Below are positions 1 to 12,476 of a DNA stretch of 35,113 nt, in pieces. The translations under genes were made by a program, and so were the position numbers. The stretch covers positions 62,001 through 97,113 of the forward strand of contig NKIB01009726.1 in the NCBI GenBank assembly GCA_002256025.1, written 5' to 3'. Below the pieces are notes generated by a model. The model saw only the letters and a list, made by a program, of their open reading frames with translations, was not told the origin of the DNA and did not search any database. Every line of letters starts with the position of its first letter. Within the stretch, counting starts at the first letter, position 1. This DNA comes from Asterionella formosa (lineage: Eukaryota).

Positions 1-127
1 CTATCATGAAATTCTATGTTTAACTCTGTGGTCTTAGAAAGCGCGTTATAAGTGAGTCTCAATTTTAGTATTAAAAGTTTTAGTTCAGTATTAAACTTAA
101 ACTGTGATGCATTTGGCAAATTTAGGT

Positions 128-498
128 CCAAATCAAGGTACAGCTTGTATGGGCAAGTCCAAAACAAGGTACACCATAAATTGGAATTGATGATCTGATT
201 GGTTTACCAAAATACAAGGTGGATGCGAAAATAGTAAAACCCAATACAAGGTGCACCTCGTATTGGACATTTAACCCTATTTCGGAGAAACTATCCATTC
301 CTTGTACCGGAGGGCGGGTCATTTTGGAAATTACCTTGAATTTGAGAAAAAAGCTTAGATATTTCCTTTTATCGGCGAGAGCACGGATTTGCAACACTAA
401 CAACAAAGCAAGCCAATGCAAGGTCAGCCTTGTTTTGGTAAATTTCTTTTCACCTTGTAATGGATTCCAATACAAGGTATTTTCGTTTCCTGTGCAGT
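128..498. repeat. Cluster of 12-bp CCAATACAAGGT-like motifs in both orientations, several forming ~26-bp palindromes; probable DNA-transposon subterminal region
   Basis: Palindromic pairs at 128-153, 159-184, 241-266 (CCAATACAAGGT-GC-ACCTCGTATTGG) and 413-438; tail-to-tail pair 452-478; single copies near 209 and 332. The transposon interpretation is inference. Confidence 0.6.
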
Positions 499-1141
499 AA
501 GCACAGAGCTTACATGGACCTACCGAAGTGACAGAAAGACTACCAGGTAATTGATACAGAGGGGTAGACTCTACTAGTCTACAGGCATCAGTGGGGTTGG
601 ATTATTACCATCAATATCACAAGGTGGTATCAGACCAATTGTTTGTTAGGAATTTGTGGGCTTTGCCAGATCAGAAGTTACCTTGACTGCTGACCAGCAG
701 GGAGACACTATTTCTATACTATGATGAGAAACATTTTGTGAGGAAGAATATGAATGAAGTTCGTGGTATAAAAGCCAAGAATATTCTACTGGGGTGACAA
801 ATGGCATCTTAGGATAGCATTCGTCCACTTGCTTGCTTACAGCTACTTTGTGCCTTAGTGGTGGGAGCAAATATGAATAATGCTGGTACAATGACACTAC
901 GGGAGCATTTGTGCTCCTTATTTTCCTCCACAGAATGGTGAAGCATATCGAGAATATAATTTAAATCCATGACAAGCCAAGTGAGGACAATGATCTGGAC
1001 AGAGATATTTCCCTGGCGTTCGCACCACCTGATTTGGAGTCGAGGAGACTGCAGTGGGCATGGATTTTTGGATGTGCGGTCAAAGGATGTCAAAGGATTT
1101 CAAAGGAAGTTTAAGCTTCATGCTGTGTTAGAGTTAGAGAG

Positions 1142-4100
1142 CTATGTAAAAGCCGAGCTAGCCGAGAAAATGGCAACATCGCGATGAAGACGCTCGTTCT
1201 CCTCTCGCAACTCGTCGATGGCAGTTAGGAGGTCTTCGTTCTCCCGCTCGAGCATGTCTACCTTGCTCTCAGCTGCTTCGACCCGTGTCGATGCATCGGC
1301 GAGAGCTTTACCAATATTCACGGATTCCATCATTTCTCCAACCTGAGCACGCAAAGGTAGACTGTCAACCGTCAATAGCTTGCACAGGTAAGGGAAAAGC
1401 TCTATCATAAGCCCTTCGATATTTGCGCCTAGTTTCAACGCCCTCAGCATAGTCACAGCAATCTCTACGTTGACGTCATTCTCGCGAACTCCTTTGTCGG
1501 TAATAGAGTCAAGAGCACCCTGTATAGCATTCTTCGCAGTCGACCGAAGCGATACACTATTGGGTTGCAGTTTGCAAAGACCACCAAAACACTCTCTACC
1601 GATTGATAGGGCTTCATCATGCCTTTTCTTCGATCTTCGCTTTTCTGAGTCTCCCTTTCCTTCAAAGGCGTGCCCACGTGCAACATCCATTGATGAATTG
1701 ACAGACAAAGCGAGGAGAGAACAAAGATCCTCTTTCATTCGATCTGGAACATGAGCGACAGCAGATCTAATTAGATCAGCAAGGTTGGTAGTTTGAGAAA
1801 TATACGGAACCGTCGATGTACTCTGTATCGGTGTTAGCATATGCATCAACACCACATTCACTCTTTCCCAAAGAATATCGATTAACTGACTGAAAGCTGA
1901 ATCGTTCGCGACCCCATCCAATTTCGCAGCACTGGCTAAGCCAGCCTCCATCACCGGTACAAGCAAAGTGTAACTTCGCTTCTTTTTGTGTTCTTTCAAT
2001 TCCTTCTTCCCCGAAGATGAATCATCAGTATCTTTGTCATTCTCAACTATGAAGACGGAAAGGACGCGGCACAGCACCTGTACCTTCGTCTCATCGGCAA
2101 GCGCTACTTGGGAGATTTCTTCCGCTACAACTTTTGCGGCTTCCCGCCCAAGTGCCTCGAATACGGCGGCATTTACGTCAGTATCGTCGTCGTTTTCATC
2201 GCTGTCACCTTGCACAAATAGCCAGAAGAAAGATGCTCCAGCCATGCTTGCCAGCACCCTGAGTGCCTCGTTTGATGAGCCCATTACCATTGTGCGCAGC
2301 AGATCAAAAGCTTCTCTTTGCGCGTTTGTTAAATAACGCGAGCCCTGGTCTCCTACAGCCTTGCAGATAATCGTCGCAATGAGCTTCACAAAGCGACCCT
2401 CTAAGTCCTCTGCGTAGACTCTATCAACAGATCCAATTGCAAGGTATCGCTGCGCACTCGATGGCCTTCGGCGAAGGTCCCGATACCTTTCTGGCGATAG
2501 TTCATTTGTTTTGCAGCATTCGTAGAGCTTTCCTAGACCCGATGCAAGCCGCTGTAAGACCTGCACTTGAGTCGATTCCAAATAAACAAATCTTGTTTCC
2601 TTACTTCGTTCTTCGGCTTCCCCGACTTCCAAAACGGCTCTGTACTCATCGAGCATATCAAACGAAGCAACAAACATTTTCTTTTTCCATTCGTCGACTG
2701 TTTCTGAAGCAGGATTCTCCTTAGTTTGAATCTTACCAGTCGCATCTCTGACGCTCCTCAATGCTCCATTAACAACATCCATGTTTGTTCCCACTCGTGC
2801 AGGTGTGAGAGCTGCTTGGATACCTGCCTGGCAAGCGAGTTGGTTACAAAGAACGATCAAATCTGTTCCAGTGACACGAAGGTCAAGTGTATCCCGTCCA
2901 CCAAAATGCTTCGCAGCATTGAACGAATACTTTAGAATCTTGTTCCAGGCAATGACGAACCACGGAATATCTGAGTTGCTTAAACTTGTTCCAATTTCAA
3001 CTCGGGTGCTTTCTGTTGTAGCCAGCAACCGAGGAAAAAAATTGCGCAACACACGGATCAGCCCTTGAAGGACCAAAACTTCGGTTCCAGCCCATTGCTT
3101 GTCAACAGAGTCTCTCGAATGATGCACATTGACTTTGTATCGACTCCCCTTCTCCGCAGCTCCATTGGTTTCGGCAAAAGCAGCAGAAGTTGCATGTCTG
3201 CCACCCTTTGACAAAACGTTCTCATACACGTCGAATACAGTCTTGCATATGCAAGCTTCCCATTGATAGTCGGCGAAGCCCTGCCCGCGTCCTACAATGC
3301 AGGAGAAGAGCGTATGTACCGCACAGTTACGTACTTCTGTACGACTCTCTGAGGAAAGAAGGACAAGCTTTGAAAGCGCTCTATCGATAGATGAAGTGTC
3401 TGTGTCCTGGTCAGCTATCGTCCACAGCAAACCAATAGCCGTCAACGACGTATTTACATCGTGCCTTGAGCTACCGAAAGACGAGCAGCATTCTAACAAT
3501 GAAGTGCGAGGAGTCATCGAGGAATCGTCTGATGGAGGCGGGAGTTGGTCGAGGAAATCATCAACAACTAGCTTTAGACAACGGAATGCAACCATACTGC
3601 AACCCGACCAATCTGACCCGGTACGGTCAGGCTCACCCTCCAATGGTGGATCACCAGCCAGGGATGCCACCGCATCGATGACAATAGTCCATACCGCACC
3701 AGAGAGATTGTGACCAGTACTTTCTAGAATCGAATGAACTGCGGCAATTCCTGCGTCGGCAACTTCTGAACATTCGCATTGCCGAATCATGTCACCAAGA
3801 GGCCAAATTAGGTCAACTTGAGCGAGGGGTTCCTTAATATGTTTTGGCACTTCATTGGTAGCTATGTCCTTAGCAATCGAAACCACCGTCAATAATTCAT
3901 TCCTTTTCGGTAAGTCAGTGAGAAGTTTTCCCGGACCAACGAACCCGACCGGTAAAGGGCAATCCTCCGACAATTCATAAGCTACAATCATAGACAGCGT
4001 ATCCATAGCATAAGCTCTGACCTCTGACGTTGCTACAAGTTCGCAAAGGTGCGACGACAAAGTTGAGGCACACGACCGATATCGAAATGAGTTGATAAAT

Positions 4101-6536
4101 ATGACATCAGTAAGTACCATTAACGAGAAAGAAAGGCTTGGGCCTACTTCCTTGATGGCGCCTCGCTTGGATATTGCCAATCGTTGTAAAAATTCCCTGC
4201 GGTAGTCTCCGAAATACATCTTCTTGATACGCTTGGCAGCATCTGAAACAATTCCATATTCACCTAGATCAGGCGATTCAGTAGATTGGCTCCCCAATAA
4301 TGCACGACCTGCGATCCCTAAGAGTTTGCCTCCAATACTAGTGGAATCTTTTCCATCGGCTTGTCCCTTCCGAAGAACGTCATTGTCGTAAGCTTCGTCG
4401 TTGATAAAAGTCTTGTTGGTGGATACAGCCGCATTTTCAATCAGAGCATCCAATAGAAACGTAAGTGACTCTAGACTCATCGAGGAAGTCAATGGTGCTA
4501 TTCTTGAATAAACTGTCGAAATCGCAAGTGCGTCTTCATAACCTTGGTTTGAAAGCTTTGGTGATGCGACTGATAGCGTTGATAAGTCTTCCAAAGTCCG
4601 AATGACAATACTCCATTCCGCACAAAGATGGTCATAATTTTGATGAATGATGTTCAGTATGCAAAGCAATGCAGAAGTATGATGATCGTGCAACTGGCAA
4701 TTCACATCTTGCTTTCCCCACGACGGTATAGATAGTTTACAAAGTGACGACAATAGTACATTGCTTTGAACGACATTGTCGGTTTGAATGACTTGAGCCA
4801 AACTTGTGTATGCAGCCAGTGTTTTGTCAACAATTGCTCTCGACCCAGGAAAACGCTTTAAAAAATGTTGAAGGACCGCTAGAGTCGGCGCAAAAGAATC
4901 GGAAGAATTCTTTGCAATACAGGTAATGCAAGAATAAGCAATCCACAGGCATTCGCCAACATGGCATGACGTTGCTATTATAGCTTTTGAGTCCGCACCT
5001 TTATGACCAGTGGAGGCAGTGACCTGAATCTCTTCGGCTTTACGAATTAATGACGGGAGTCTGCCTTGAATCAGTCTACTTTCTGCAAATTGCAGCATAT
5101 GATCTCGACACGAAGCTCCAATGGTGGCAAAATCACTAATCGCTTCAGAAACCGTGATTCCGTGGTTGGTTGGGTTCTTTTCCAAAATTGTATGCAACGT
5201 TTCTAGAGCAAGACCAGCTCGCCACAATAACGAATCGGGTATCAGCGTAGCAAGTGCTTTGGTACCCTTAGCTTTTGGATCATAAACTTCATCCAAAAAG
5301 ACATATCCATCCTCAAAATCGTGATGTATCCGACATGCTTCTGTTGCCCTGGTAACTGACCGAACAACCTCGTCCATCAGCCCTGTTCTCCCCTCTTCAA
5401 CCTCAATCATCAGAATAGAGGACGCTAAAGCATAAGATCTCCATACCAATTCAAAGGACTTCACCTTTTCTTGTAGCATCGTTGTTACCGCCACTCTTGT
5501 ATCGACAACTACGAGCGGGTGCTGATCAAACCACGCCGAGTTCCCGCGCACCAGCCGATGCATAAGTTCCAAACACAGGGTTGGAGATGGAGACACGTTC
5601 TTTCCAGATTGAAAAGCTCCCATCATGTCAGAACTGTCTTCTAAAACCAAATGAATGAGATCAGTCCATGTATTGACCGCATGTTCCGTTTCCGATTTGT
5701 AGAGTATATCTAGCACTTGATGTAACGTTGTCATAGCAGCTTGCCTTACCACGTTGAGCCGGACACTTGCCAAAATACAGCACAGATGCACTGAAGCGGT
5801 CCATTGCTCATCGGTCACTTCCAAGTCCCCATTTTCCAATAATTGAATGAGACAACGTAATAAATCCAAGGCAACTTTCTCCGACGCCTCACGTTTATGC
5901 GACTGCGGCGCGGACGACGAGACATCTGGCGATGATGTACTCAGCATGCCTCCAAACCAACTGCTAGATACTGATGGCGTGGAGGGCCCTGGCATGGCTT
6001 TCTTCTCCGTCAAACTCGAGGCATAGACATTCGCTTGAATTGTCCAAACACGCACCATGTGCACGCCATCTCCATGACAGATCGCATCGCCTTGGATGAG
6101 TAGTGACATCCCCTTTAAGCTAATGTCCAAGAGACGCGGAGATGCATTGGGATAATTGGCGGCTAATAAAAAGGGTCGTAGCAGATCTTGGCTTTGAAAG
6201 AGGGCTGTTGTTGGATGCGGTTCTCCAGCTTGACTGGCTCGCCTCACGGCAATTACATATTGATTTTGCAGCGTTCTCAGCTGCAGAATAGCGCGTTCAG
6301 ACGCTTCCTTCACGCCTGAATCCATCAATCATTTTTTCATTTGGTTAGTCGATACGAATAAGGTAAGCTATGTGGTCCAGGACCTCAACGTTGTCTATCG
6401 GACTCAAAACCGTAAAAAGCACATGCAGTGACTGTTCGCGTCCAATGATATATAATACCGACCTACCTGGATGATTTTTGCGCGCTTCAGTACCCAAATC
6501 ACGCAAATGCTCTTCTACTTGAGCTACAAAGTTCAT
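1142..6536 (-). CDS. MON2: MON2 (Arf-GEF-like endosome/Golgi trafficking scaffold), ~1747 aa, 2 exons (6536-6467, 6315-1142)
   Basis: Spliced N-terminus DLGTEARKNHPGVKEASERAILQLR and QDLLRPFLLAAN match the MON2 DCB domain. DVNTSLTAIGLLW, EVRNCAVHTLF and VHHSRDSVDKQWAGTEVLVLQG match Mon2 C-terminal motifs. Intron 6316-6466 has CAG|GTAGGT donor, GACTAAC branch site and TTCAG acceptor, and restores the frame. Confidence 0.92.
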
Positions 6537-7099
6537 CTTGAGAGAAACAGAGAAGAATGCGGTTGAAGATCACCAACGGCTTGCTTCTTGTCAAACAATT
6601 GCCATTTTTTGCGGCGGCATGTTCTCCACGACAGAATGACGGTTGTATGTTAGTAAAATAGATACCGGGAAATTACCAAGTTCTTTGAGGCCCCCGTCTT
6701 GCGTACAATATCCGAAATACGAAGATTGCGTCGCCCGGATACCTGTTGGGCGTTTAATGTTCGTACTATTTTCTTTCCTTAAAGGGCTAAATAACTCTTC
6801 GTCCGCCCGAAGATTTCGGAGGTACCAGTATTTTCTTGAACCACAGCAAGCAATCTTGGTTTCCCATTTTTTTTAAAAATTGTTATTTATATAATTATCA
6901 TTACTTTAAAATATTTTTATTATGATAATAATTTGCAACATGACGACTCTGCCAACACTATTGTCAACATTCCTGATGCATTATCAAGAATGTGTGCAGC
7001 CATGGATGCAACAATGGTTGTGATGGCAACTACTACCAGCAGCAGCCTTGCCAGCTGCATTGCAAAACGAGCGGGTATCTCAGTTCAATTTGGAAGCTC

Positions 7100-7366
7100 A
7101 ATCTGAGAGAGGGAATCAGCAATCACCATCCAACAACATCTGCTAAGCGAAAAAAATTAAACAACCACTTTTGTCAAGGCTCGAGTCATGTTGCTTGGTG
7201 GAAGAAGTTCCTAACAAATGAAAAGCACATGATGTTAGTACAATTGGACATGAACACATGGGAAGCAAGACTCTTCCACAAAAAACGTTCAAACTTACAT
7301 TTCAAAAGAGATACACCCCAAATTTTTCATTCACTGGACTATAAATTTTGCAGAAAATTAGGATGA
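7100..7366 (+). mobile_element. Degenerate fragment resembling a PIF/Harbinger-type transposase N-terminal region
   Basis: WWKKFL...DMNTWEARLFHK, then after a 1-nt shift in the A-run near 7280, TFKLTF. This resembles the FRRxFR(L/M)PF motif of Harbinger-like transposases. No DDE core or TIR pair was found. Confidence 0.4.
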
Positions 7367-7927
7367 ATATTTCTACACACCACTGAGAGAGGAAGAGGAA
7401 GAACCGAGATTGAGCTGTGTTGTTATTGCACTATTAGGGACATCATGTTGGCATGAACGAAGCTAACCAGGAGTCATCCAGAATGGACCAATTGAAACTG
7501 GTGGCTGGACTAGAGGATGCTGTGTTTGTCCACCACTTGCAGTTGTGGTTCATAGATTCCGAGAACAAATCAAGGTCCCCGTTCAAAGATGGGATAATGG
7601 AATTCTTGTCACCATCATGGCTTCTATTAATTTAGTGACTGAATTCAATACATCAGGTTGCTGTTTGTTGGAATGCCCTGATCACATATCGAATAGGTAA
7701 ATAAACTTATCGGTTGGATGCATTATTTAGAACATCAATTTTGTCTTCGAATTGACACATCATAGTATGTTATGGTTTGAGAATCTCGAAAATATCAGAC
7801 AGAATGAAATGCATTCTACTAGTACCATAGAGATTACATTGTTATTAATAAAATCAAATCAAGTTTTATGGTGAACTAAAGCAAGAAACCTTGTCACTCT
7901 ATAAGCTTAGATTGTTCTGTGGTAAAT

Positions 7928-7975
7928 GTGTGATATTGCCCATTAAATTTCGTGTGATATCGCTTATTAAATTTC
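7928..7975. repeat. 24-bp tandem duplication
   Basis: gtgtgatattgcccattaaatttc followed by gtgtgatatcgcttattaaatttc. Confidence 0.85.
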
Positions 7976-8575
7976 GAAGAGTGGATCATTCTTTGTCAAT
8001 CAGATCATCCTCCAAATTCCAAACACAATTTTGAAACTTATGTTGGAACCAGATTTTCATTCACACAATCATACTCATACACTTTCTTCACCAAGAGCGA
8101 ATTCAAAATTTCAATTCCGAATTGCTTGAAAGCCTTCATGGCTGGCATCTGAATTGGCTTTAGTAACGAGCGACTGTTGGGGGGATTATCTCTATTGCTT
8201 GTTGACTTGCAAAAGACGTCTTGTATATTGTATACAAGCCTTCAATTCCACCTCCAAGGGTCATCAATGTGGAGGATGCTTCAATGATACCAAGATTCTA
8301 GAAACTGTTGTCGTGTCCAACTTGTAACATCCTTTTCCTGAACAAATAGAATCAATGCGTTGTCACACTTCTTCCTCATGCACATCATTGCCTGCTCCTT
8401 GTCATTGCCTCCTTGCATCCCCTAAAAATCGCGATGTGACATCATTTTTGTCCAGGAAATAAGAGACATTACTGCTATGTATAACAATTGTGGAATTCTT
8501 ACCTTTGAACAATGTGGCAATACCAATTGGGATTTACCAATGTGGAGAAGGTACTATAATGGGGGCATGGTACCG

Positions 8576-8766
8576 GGTACTTGGCACTCACAGTATGATA
8601 CATGCTTAGGATGAGAAGGGACTACGCCAACAAGCAAGCACCAAACGAAAACATCCGTAATGTACAATATACTAATAGGTACATGGCACTCATAGTATGA
8701 TGCATGCTTAGGATGAGAAAGGACTATGTATACGCCAAGCAAGCAAATGACAACGCACATCCTTAA
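8576..8766. repeat. Two-copy tandem repeat, period 102 bp
   Basis: ggtac(t/a)tggcactca(c/t)agtatgat(a/g)catgcttaggatgagaa(g/a)ggacta starts at 8576 and 8678. Confidence 0.85.
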
Positions 8767-9098
8767 ACATAAAATTTCCTGTCATAAAGGGTTGGCGATT
8801 ATTGCTGTTTTCCAATATCTGCATTCAATAACAGAAAACTCTTTAATCACGGCACAACATTAATGTACTTTAAGGTCAACAGCACTGTGAAAAAGCGGAG
8901 CAAAACATCCCAGTTAGCATTAGTGTAATTTTCACTTTAACCGAGCTCATCATAGGCTGTGACAATCCTTTGTATAGATGTGCAGCATTGTTTAACTTGT
9001 TCATCATGATGAAACTACTTCTACATGTTGTTCTATGTCAAAACATAGCTACTGGATCTAAAGGCCCGAAAAAATATGTTATTGTTACTTTGCGATTT

Positions 9099-9213
9099 TC
9101 AACTTCTTCATCTCTCAGCCAATCCTGGTCATATTTCAGACTTAAATTAGCCATATATACAATAGCTTAAGTTTGAAATGTGACCAGGATTGGCAGGGAA
9201 ATGAAGGAAATTG
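9099..9213 (+). repeat. Long inverted repeat / hairpin (40-bp core stem, 21-nt loop)
   Basis: 9106-9145 pairs with 9167-9206: 35 Watson-Crick pairs, 3 G-U pairs and 2 mismatches on the + strand. A weaker extension reaches 9099/9213. Confidence 0.85.
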
Positions 9214-10156
9214 ATTTCTTCCAATCAACCCCTCATTTCCTTTCTCAATTGCAGTGACAAAACAATATAAATTAAGCTTAAACATCAATGAAAAGAACTT
9301 AGAATTCTTTTAACCTCCAAATCAATTGCCCTTTTGGTCGCATGTAAATTGAAGCACAACATGTTGCATGTGCCTGCTGCTCATCAATTCTCGCTCTATG
9401 ATAAAATGTCGTGTAGTCAGCAGTGGTATACCGGCATATTTTTTATAGCTACTGGTGTATGTTGTATGCTACGTAGATTTACCTGATGATTTTATACTCA
9501 CATCAATAATTTAAACACCCAATCAATTTATGCACTTATACATTTTGCAATAGCTATAGTAGAATATGGTAAGAATCTGAAGGAAGAACTTCCGGTATAA
9601 ATTGTTTTTAGGGGTAGATTACTGTTAAAAGGTCACGTCCTTTCCGTCTGACGGGGATCATCTTACGTAGGTCTTACCTGTTGTACCACTAGCTAGTATT
9701 GTTATCTTCTTTGCTCCTAGCCTTTGTGCTAGCTAGTTTTTGCTATTGACCTTACAAAGGTCAATTCACACTGTCTCTTAATTATAAAAGCTTAAACTAA
9801 AACTAAGTTTCAATCCCATGCATCACACTTTGAGAACCTGTTCTTTGTGTTCCCTTTTCGTTGATGTAAACCTTCTTCTGATTGATCTAAAACATCAATC
9901 TTGTCAGCAAGCTTCTTGACATTGGAAAACACCATTTGACTCATTGGACTATAGTCGAGTCCACAATCCTTGTGACTCATTATAGCCATTGATGCTACCG
10001 GTATATTCTTGACAGAGTACTGGTACCGTTATATTGTTGAGGTTGATGGGGTTTTTTCGTCGAGGAGATGCAGCAGCGTGAGTCGATGGCTTCCAATCAA
10101 TTCACCTTCGTTCCTTCCTCTTCGCTGATGTTGAATGATTAAATATTAATAGAATC

Positions 10157-11434
10157 ATGGAATCAAAAGCATGCAGTAATTTCCAGCTACTTCCAATTCA
10201 TAATCGATTGTGTGGGAGGATGCTACCGCTTTCCATGGGGCGGAAGAAAATACTAACTTGGTGGTGGCAGGCATGTCCTTGTCAAGGGACTACAACGCGA
10301 ACACCATGTATACAATGTAGATTTCTCGCTGGAATTTCGCAGTCCTTGTCAAAAGCAATGTTCAACATTCAATCGGATGGTTTGATACAGATGTCACCTA
10401 ATAATCGAAACCCTGGTTTACTATGGATCAACGGCGATCAAGCCCACTGCATAGAATATTCAGGGAGACTCCAAGGCAACGATGTCATTAAGATTGGTAA
10501 ATCATACAAGGATGCTTGGATGACCTTTGTTGTTCAGGGGAGCACGGTTGTCACACCCGATACGGAAAAGTGGATATCGACTCGGCAAGTCAAGCCTCAG
10601 CGACGACGTTCCTTGTTTCATAGCAAGCGGAACCAACCGATAAAGACGGAATCAGACAATAAAACACAGTACGAAGAAGAAACGGAATATTTATGTTCGA
10701 AGGAATCGGTAAAGAGAAGACTTTATCTGCGAAAGGAACGAATTCTACCTTATGACAGATTTTGGTTGCAAACGGATCATGGAGCTGTAGTAGACCGAAG
10801 CGGAAATGAAGTCGCTGCTAAACGAAGCAAAACTAAATTACATTGTGTCAAGAGGAAACGAAAGCTTTCGTTATCTTCATCTCCAGAGATTATCCCAAGA
10901 GAAGAGAATTGTGAACGCTCAATTACCAGCCATGAAGGCGACGAAAGCCTTGAGTCAAATCAACTTGCCACTAGCGATGCAAACTATTTTGGCCAGAATG
11001 TTCCTACAGGGAATCGGCCAGCTCCTGCTGTCGAAACAAATCGGGAAACTGTCAAGAGTCAAGAAAGTGAGATTGTATCCGAGAGAAAGGATCTCATTCG
11101 ACCTAGCACGCAGCAAAGGACGATGCTCAGAATAGGTCCTTCGGACCAATCTTCCATTCTATCACTCCCCAAATGTCACAGTATGGAACACCATCAAGTT
11201 TTTCAACCATCATCAGAAGGGGATGTGATCCTTGAAACGTGTCAACGGCTGGAGGCGAGCGAGACATATAAAAGAGAGAAGCCACCCTATGTGCAAGAGT
11301 TGACAACGTCACAGTGGAAGGCACGGCAGGTAGAGCATCCATCGCGATTTCATCGGTCATTGGCATCCATAGTAGTTTGTCAAAGGGTCCGACGAAACGA
11401 TCATGGTTGGTTGCCAGAAATATTGCAAGGCTGA
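10157..11434 (+). CDS. Hypothetical protein, 425 aa; N-terminal FHA-like region with Cys-rich insert, basic NLS-like tracts
   Basis: Long ATG-initiated ORF. The spacing LSMGR...LSK...NPGLLWING...LQGNDVIKIG resembles FHA motifs. KRKRK tract present. The domain call is tentative (~0.4). Confidence 0.7.
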   Translation: MESKACSNFQLLPIHNRLCGRMLPLSMGRKKILTWWWQACPCQGTTTRTPCIQCRFLAGISQSLSKAMFNIQSDGLIQMSPNNRNPGLLWINGDQAHCIEYSGRLQGNDVIKIGKSYKDAWMTFVVQGSTVVTPDTEKWISTRQVKPQRRRSLFHSKRNQPIKTESDNKTQYEEETEYLCSKESVKRRLYLRKERILPYDRFWLQTDHGAVVDRSGNEVAAKRSKTKLHCVKRKRKLSLSSSPEIIPREENCERSITSHEGDESLESNQLATSDANYFGQNVPTGNRPAPAVETNRETVKSQESEIVSERKDLIRPSTQQRTMLRIGPSDQSSILSLPKCHSMEHHQVFQPSSEGDVILETCQRLEASETYKREKPPYVQELTTSQWKARQVEHPSRFHRSLASIVVCQRVRRNDHGWLPEILQG

Positions 11435-11849
11435 TAAATATTGACACTAGCGTACCAGTAGTTTTAATACTCAACCAGAATATAAACATATTATGGCTAT
11501 TCATTGTGTATGATTCCGTTGTACACATTGTAGCTAATAAGCCAGGTCTTAAACAGAGATACAAAAATTAAAAATATGTTGCCCGACACACATCCGGCTG
11601 GTATGTTGCTTCCAGCAACACATTTTTTGTTGCTCCAAAATGTTTATTTGTCATATGTATGATCACTCCTGGAGATACAGTGTAGCAACACTAAATTTAA
11701 TGTATGTCATGTAATAATATTAATCAACAAAGAACACCATTTTTATCTCTGATAGCAACAACAGAAACGAAATTTGGGATGAGCAATCAGCAGCAATTAT
11801 TATTGCTACTCATGAAATTATGCTTGTCACCATTTGTAAATGACTTGCA

Positions 11850-11850
<1 letters not shown>

Positions 11851-11940
<90 letters not shown>
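11851..11940. repeat. (TTG)20 plus mixed CTG/TTG trinucleotide microsatellite, 30 triplets
   Basis: Directly visible in the sequence. Confidence 0.98.
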
Positions 11941-11942
<2 letters not shown>

Positions 11943-12229
11943 ACTTTTCATCATGGCATCATTCGATTGAGAATCCCATGAGAAGACAAGCGATCATAAC
12001 AACCAACTGCATCGGTTAGATAACGAATCGCTTCTGGCGTCATCACTGAACTGATTTCGCTTCAGACCGGTCATGATGGACGATGATCGGCATGGTGAAA
12101 GGTGAATTGCCGGAGTCCACTTTTCAGGCGACGAACAAAAACAAGGTGAATACTAGATGTATTATACTCAAATCTGAAGAGTACCGGTATATAAAATGGT
12201 TATAACTGCCAATTTCGGCAATCCCAGGG

Positions 12230-12469
12230 CTGGAAAACCGAGGGGCAATTGTCGCAAATTGTATTCCCAAAATGCGAACATAGGAAATATTCAAGATATA
12301 TTTTAATGATGGGCAATATCGGACCCATTGCAAATTTCGATGTGAAGATAGGAAATATTCGAAAAATATTTTATATGATGGGCTATAGAAAGCTAAAATT
12401 GAGATTTAGGCTCAATAGTTGTCCAGGAGGTAAGGTAATGGCGCGACGATAGCTAGTTTGAGAATTGTC
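12230..12469. repeat. Repeat family A, copy 1: 68-bp-period tandem unit followed by a conserved terminus; probable DNA-transposon end
   Basis: ataggaaatattc...atgatgggc occurs at 12280 and 12348. Terminus atagctagtttgagaattgtc (12449-12469) aligns with 17631-17652. Confidence 0.6.
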
Positions 12470-12476
12470 TCAACAA

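Noticed and set aside
128..478. Palindromic repeats as a CRISPR array
   Set aside because: Irregular spacing, degenerate units, mixed orientation, eukaryotic context and no cas genes.
900..960. CAPYFPPQNGEAYR resembling the retroviral integrase PxxPQQNGxAER motif
   Set aside because: Short, lacks the catalytic Glu, bounded by stops, and has no supporting flanking motifs.
1465..3713. Short antisense and alternative-frame ORFs inside MON2 (likewise inside CHD, LRR, SDE2 and SpoU)
   Set aside because: Shadow ORFs of long coding regions with no recognisable motifs.
9623..9827. Possible solo LTR (TGT...ACA with AT-rich 3' part)
   Set aside because: No TSD, no terminal inverted repeat and no second copy in the window.
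11577..11691. Several TGTTGC/GCAACA motifs suggesting a transposon end
   Set aside because: Motif too short and no terminus identifiable.
11704..11970. Poly-Leu ORF (and poly-Gln/Asn frames on the minus strand)
   Set aside because: By-product of the microsatellite; the flanking frames are short and non-conserved-looking.
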